Origin: Lama glama
Lineage: Eukaryota
DNA: 64,000 nucleotides
Assembly (NCBI GenBank): GCA_028534125.1
Contig: CM052818.1
Span: 48,300,001 to 48,364,000 of the forward strand
Direction: 5' to 3'
The notes beneath the pieces were generated by a model, which was given only the letters and a program-made list of their open reading frames with translations, made no database searches and was not told the DNA's origin. Both the position numbers and the translations under genes were made by a program. Positions 61,600 to 64,000 of the stretch are shown here, one piece after another. The stretch's first letter is position 1. Every line of letters starts with the position of its first letter.

Positions 61600-61952
61600 C
61601 CCAACACACACACCCCTCTTTTTGCTGCCTTTGCTGAAGCCATTTTCTTTACTGACTCCCAGACCTCCAAAGTTCAAGTCTTACCTTTGCTTCCCGACAC
61701 AACTTCACAGCTGCGTCTCCGTGTTGCCTTTGTGGATCCCCTGCCATCCCCCGCCTTAAGAATGTGTTTGAATGTAATCTCTCTCTTCGATGGGGTGATG
61801 CATTTAGTGAACCTCACGGTTCCCATCTTACATTAACTGAAATACGCCTCTTGGCTTTCAGAGACAAAGACATGGGAAGCGAGGAGCTCAGTCCTGTTCA
61901 TTTTCAAATCAGGCCGGGTACACAGCAGGCGCTCACTGAATATTGCTGAGTG
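61600..61952 (+). mobile_element. L2 3' fragment
   Basis: 'tgcctttgctgaagccatt...ccaaagttcaagtc...ggccgggtacacagcaggcgctcactgaatattgctgagtga'. Confidence 0.6.
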
Positions 61953-62938
61953 AGGAACTGTAAAACAGATGGATGCCAAGAGCGTTGTTTTATTTTGGTT
62001 TCAGTTTTGATTTTTCTTGCCCAGCTGGTCAGAACACATTTTCAGCGTGACCCTCACGTGGCAGGAAATCCAGTTTAGCACAGAGCAGCCCACCCTGGTC
62101 CCTCACAAAGCTTCCCCCGAGCTGACAGCCCCCGGGGGTCAATTTCATGTCCATACCTATGCAGGGGGCTCAGGACCGCCCGAGGGAGAAGGCGCTTCAC
62201 CCCAGGGGAAGCAGAGCAGGGGGGTGAGCTGTGTAAACATCTAGACCCTTTTTAAAAACATATTATTTGCAGAAAATTCACCAAGGTAGTTCTGATCATC
62301 TGGCTGATTTCTTTGAGAATTCTTGTGTACTCTCTCTGCTGTTTTCTGTGCTATGTCATTTACTTTTATTATTTTATCCACATTTTATACATTGGAGATC
62401 AGATTGTGGCAATAGTAAGGAAATCTATTTATTTGGACCTGGAGGCATGTTCTGAATATACATTCTCCTGTAGATCCTCACCATATAGGCTTTTCCTAGA
62501 ACTGGTTTGATTCAATTTCCTGGAAGAAGGCAGAAAGATTCACTGGATTACATTTCTGACTCCTGATCAGACAGAGAGCAGTCGTGGGTGCTTCCGAAGG
62601 ATGCAGGCATACAGGGGCTCATTCAATGTCTGTCCTGGGACTGATAGTGCATTCTGCATGTTTTTTAACTGATCGCTGAAATGACATGTTTTTCCTTATT
62701 CAAATAGATAAACTTTGACTATCTTAGCCATTTGTTTTTATCTCTAAAATAATAAAGACACACGTTAATGGGGCCTGAGTACACACAGATTTCACTTGAG
62801 CGTGAAACCTTCTGTCTCCTGTGACACCTGGAGGAAGAGGCTCCCACCATATTATTTTCCCAGACTTACAAAGGCTCAGAGGTGTCCGGTGGCTTCTCCC
62901 AGGCTCTCAATGTCTTTGTACCTCATCAAGAGAAACTG

Positions 62939-63110
62939 TGTAGCACAGGGAAATATATGCAAGATCTTATGGTAGCTCACAGAGAAAAAAATGTGACAAT
63001 CAATATATATATATGTTCATGTATAACTGAAAAATTGTGCTCTACACTGGCATTTGACACAAAATTGTAAAATGATTATAAATCAATAAAAAATGTTAAA
63101 AAAAAAAAAG
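62939..63110 (+). mobile_element. Camelid-type L1 3' end, 5'-truncated, with poly(A) and TSD
   Basis: 'tgtagcacagggaaatatatgcaagatcttatggtagctcacag...ctctacactggcatttgacacaaaattgtaaaatga...aaaaaaaaaaaa'. TSD AGAGAAACTG (62929-62938) / AGAGAAGCTG (63111-63120). Reverse-complement relative of 47841-48079. Confidence 0.9.
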
Positions 63111-63824
63111 AGAGAAGCTGAAATGGGAGAACCAAAGCTGATATCCGTGGGGATATCTGACTCCATGGTTCCAAACCCCGGGACTCCTCCACCAGCCAGA
63201 GGGGCAGGAGAGGACGAGGGATCCACAGCGACTCTCTCGTCAGAGCTGTTTCAGAATCTGCCTTCAGCTCTTTTCTTTCATCTCAGTTGTCAAAGTGTGC
63301 CTCTGACCAGACCCAGCCGCAAGGGAGTCTGGGACCTGTCTTTATCCCCAGTGTCTAGTTGCTCTTGTTCTAGAGGAAAGTTAAAAACACACAGAGAAGA
63401 AGTTACCCCACTCTGGGGAGATCGAAGCAGAGTGAGGACATGAGATTGAGAATTTCTGCCAGCAACACGGGGAGAGAGCAGAGGAGAGATGTCAGGGAGA
63501 CAGAGACGTGGGCACTGGATAAACTCTGATGCAGAACGGGGAGGCAGGTAAGGGGACACCCAGGCTTCTGCTTTGGATCTGTTATTTTTTTCTTCAGTCT
63601 CTTAATAGATATTATTTTGGAAAATGGCAGGAGGAAGAATATATATCCAGAATACGTCTCCAGGTCCAAGTGCGTAAGAGAACCAAGGAAAGGAATTATA
63701 TTTGTATCCGTTAGTTTATCCCGATGCCTCTCTTTGAAAACTTTGCACCATCACCGCTGTGGGTGCCAAGACTCTGCCTTGTATACTTGCCCCATTAGAA
63801 ACGTTGCTTAGTTCTACCCATAAC

Positions 63825-63950
63825 TCACTGGTTCATTCTGGAAATGGTTACCAAGTGCCTGCTTTGTGGCAGGCAGCATATAAGGGTTTAGAACTGAGCA
63901 GTGCACACGAGACATTCAGCACCCACCTTTATCTAGCATCATGCCTTGAT
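63825..63950 (-). mobile_element. L2 3' end (antisense)
   Basis: 'ttcattctggaaatggttaccaagtgcctgctttgtggcaggca...aagggtttagaactgagca'. Confidence 0.5.
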
Positions 63951-64000
63951 CCTCCACCATGGGTTGAGCTGTCTTGTACCAACTTCACTTCACTCTGTCA

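Noticed and set aside
1..64000. ORF-track entries as protein-coding genes
   Set aside because: All are <=177 aa, many overlap on both strands, many use non-ATG starts or lie in repeats or low-complexity DNA, and none resembles a host protein I recognise. This is what chance produces in mammalian non-coding DNA.
1..64000. CRISPR array, operon or other prokaryotic/viral system; AP-1 site enrichment
   Set aside because: There are no regularly spaced direct repeats with unique spacers and no gene-dense segment. About a dozen TGA(C/G)TCA sites is close to the chance expectation of about 8.

Overview
Mammalian genomic DNA, almost certainly camelid (Camelus/Vicugna/Lama). Two copies of the camelid tRNA-Ala-derived SINE (vic-1 type; 17282, 57214) and several short cetartiodactyl/camelid-type L1 3' ends are present. 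The window is intergenic or deep intronic. I recognise no protein-coding gene, rRNA, genuine tRNA or CRISPR array. The ORF track consists of short chance ORFs plus decayed L1 ORF2 remnants. Most of what is identifiable is transposon debris: L1M fragments, L2, MIR, MLT1 LTRs, two ERV1-type solo LTRs, hAT-Charlie MITEs and a probable CR1/L3 endonuclease fossil. There are also microsatellites and several small CpG-rich or homeodomain-motif-rich patches that could be enhancers. The most interesting hypotheses are: (i) a possible minus-strand spliced non-coding transcript starting in the solo LTR at 31171-31641; (ii) several strong orphan exon or microexon splice-signal pairs; (iii) five L1 3' fragments all truncated near the same motif, one with a perfect 10-bp TSD. 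I found no convincing evidence of a new biological system. Repeat family names come from remembered consensus motifs, not a database search, and boundaries are approximate.
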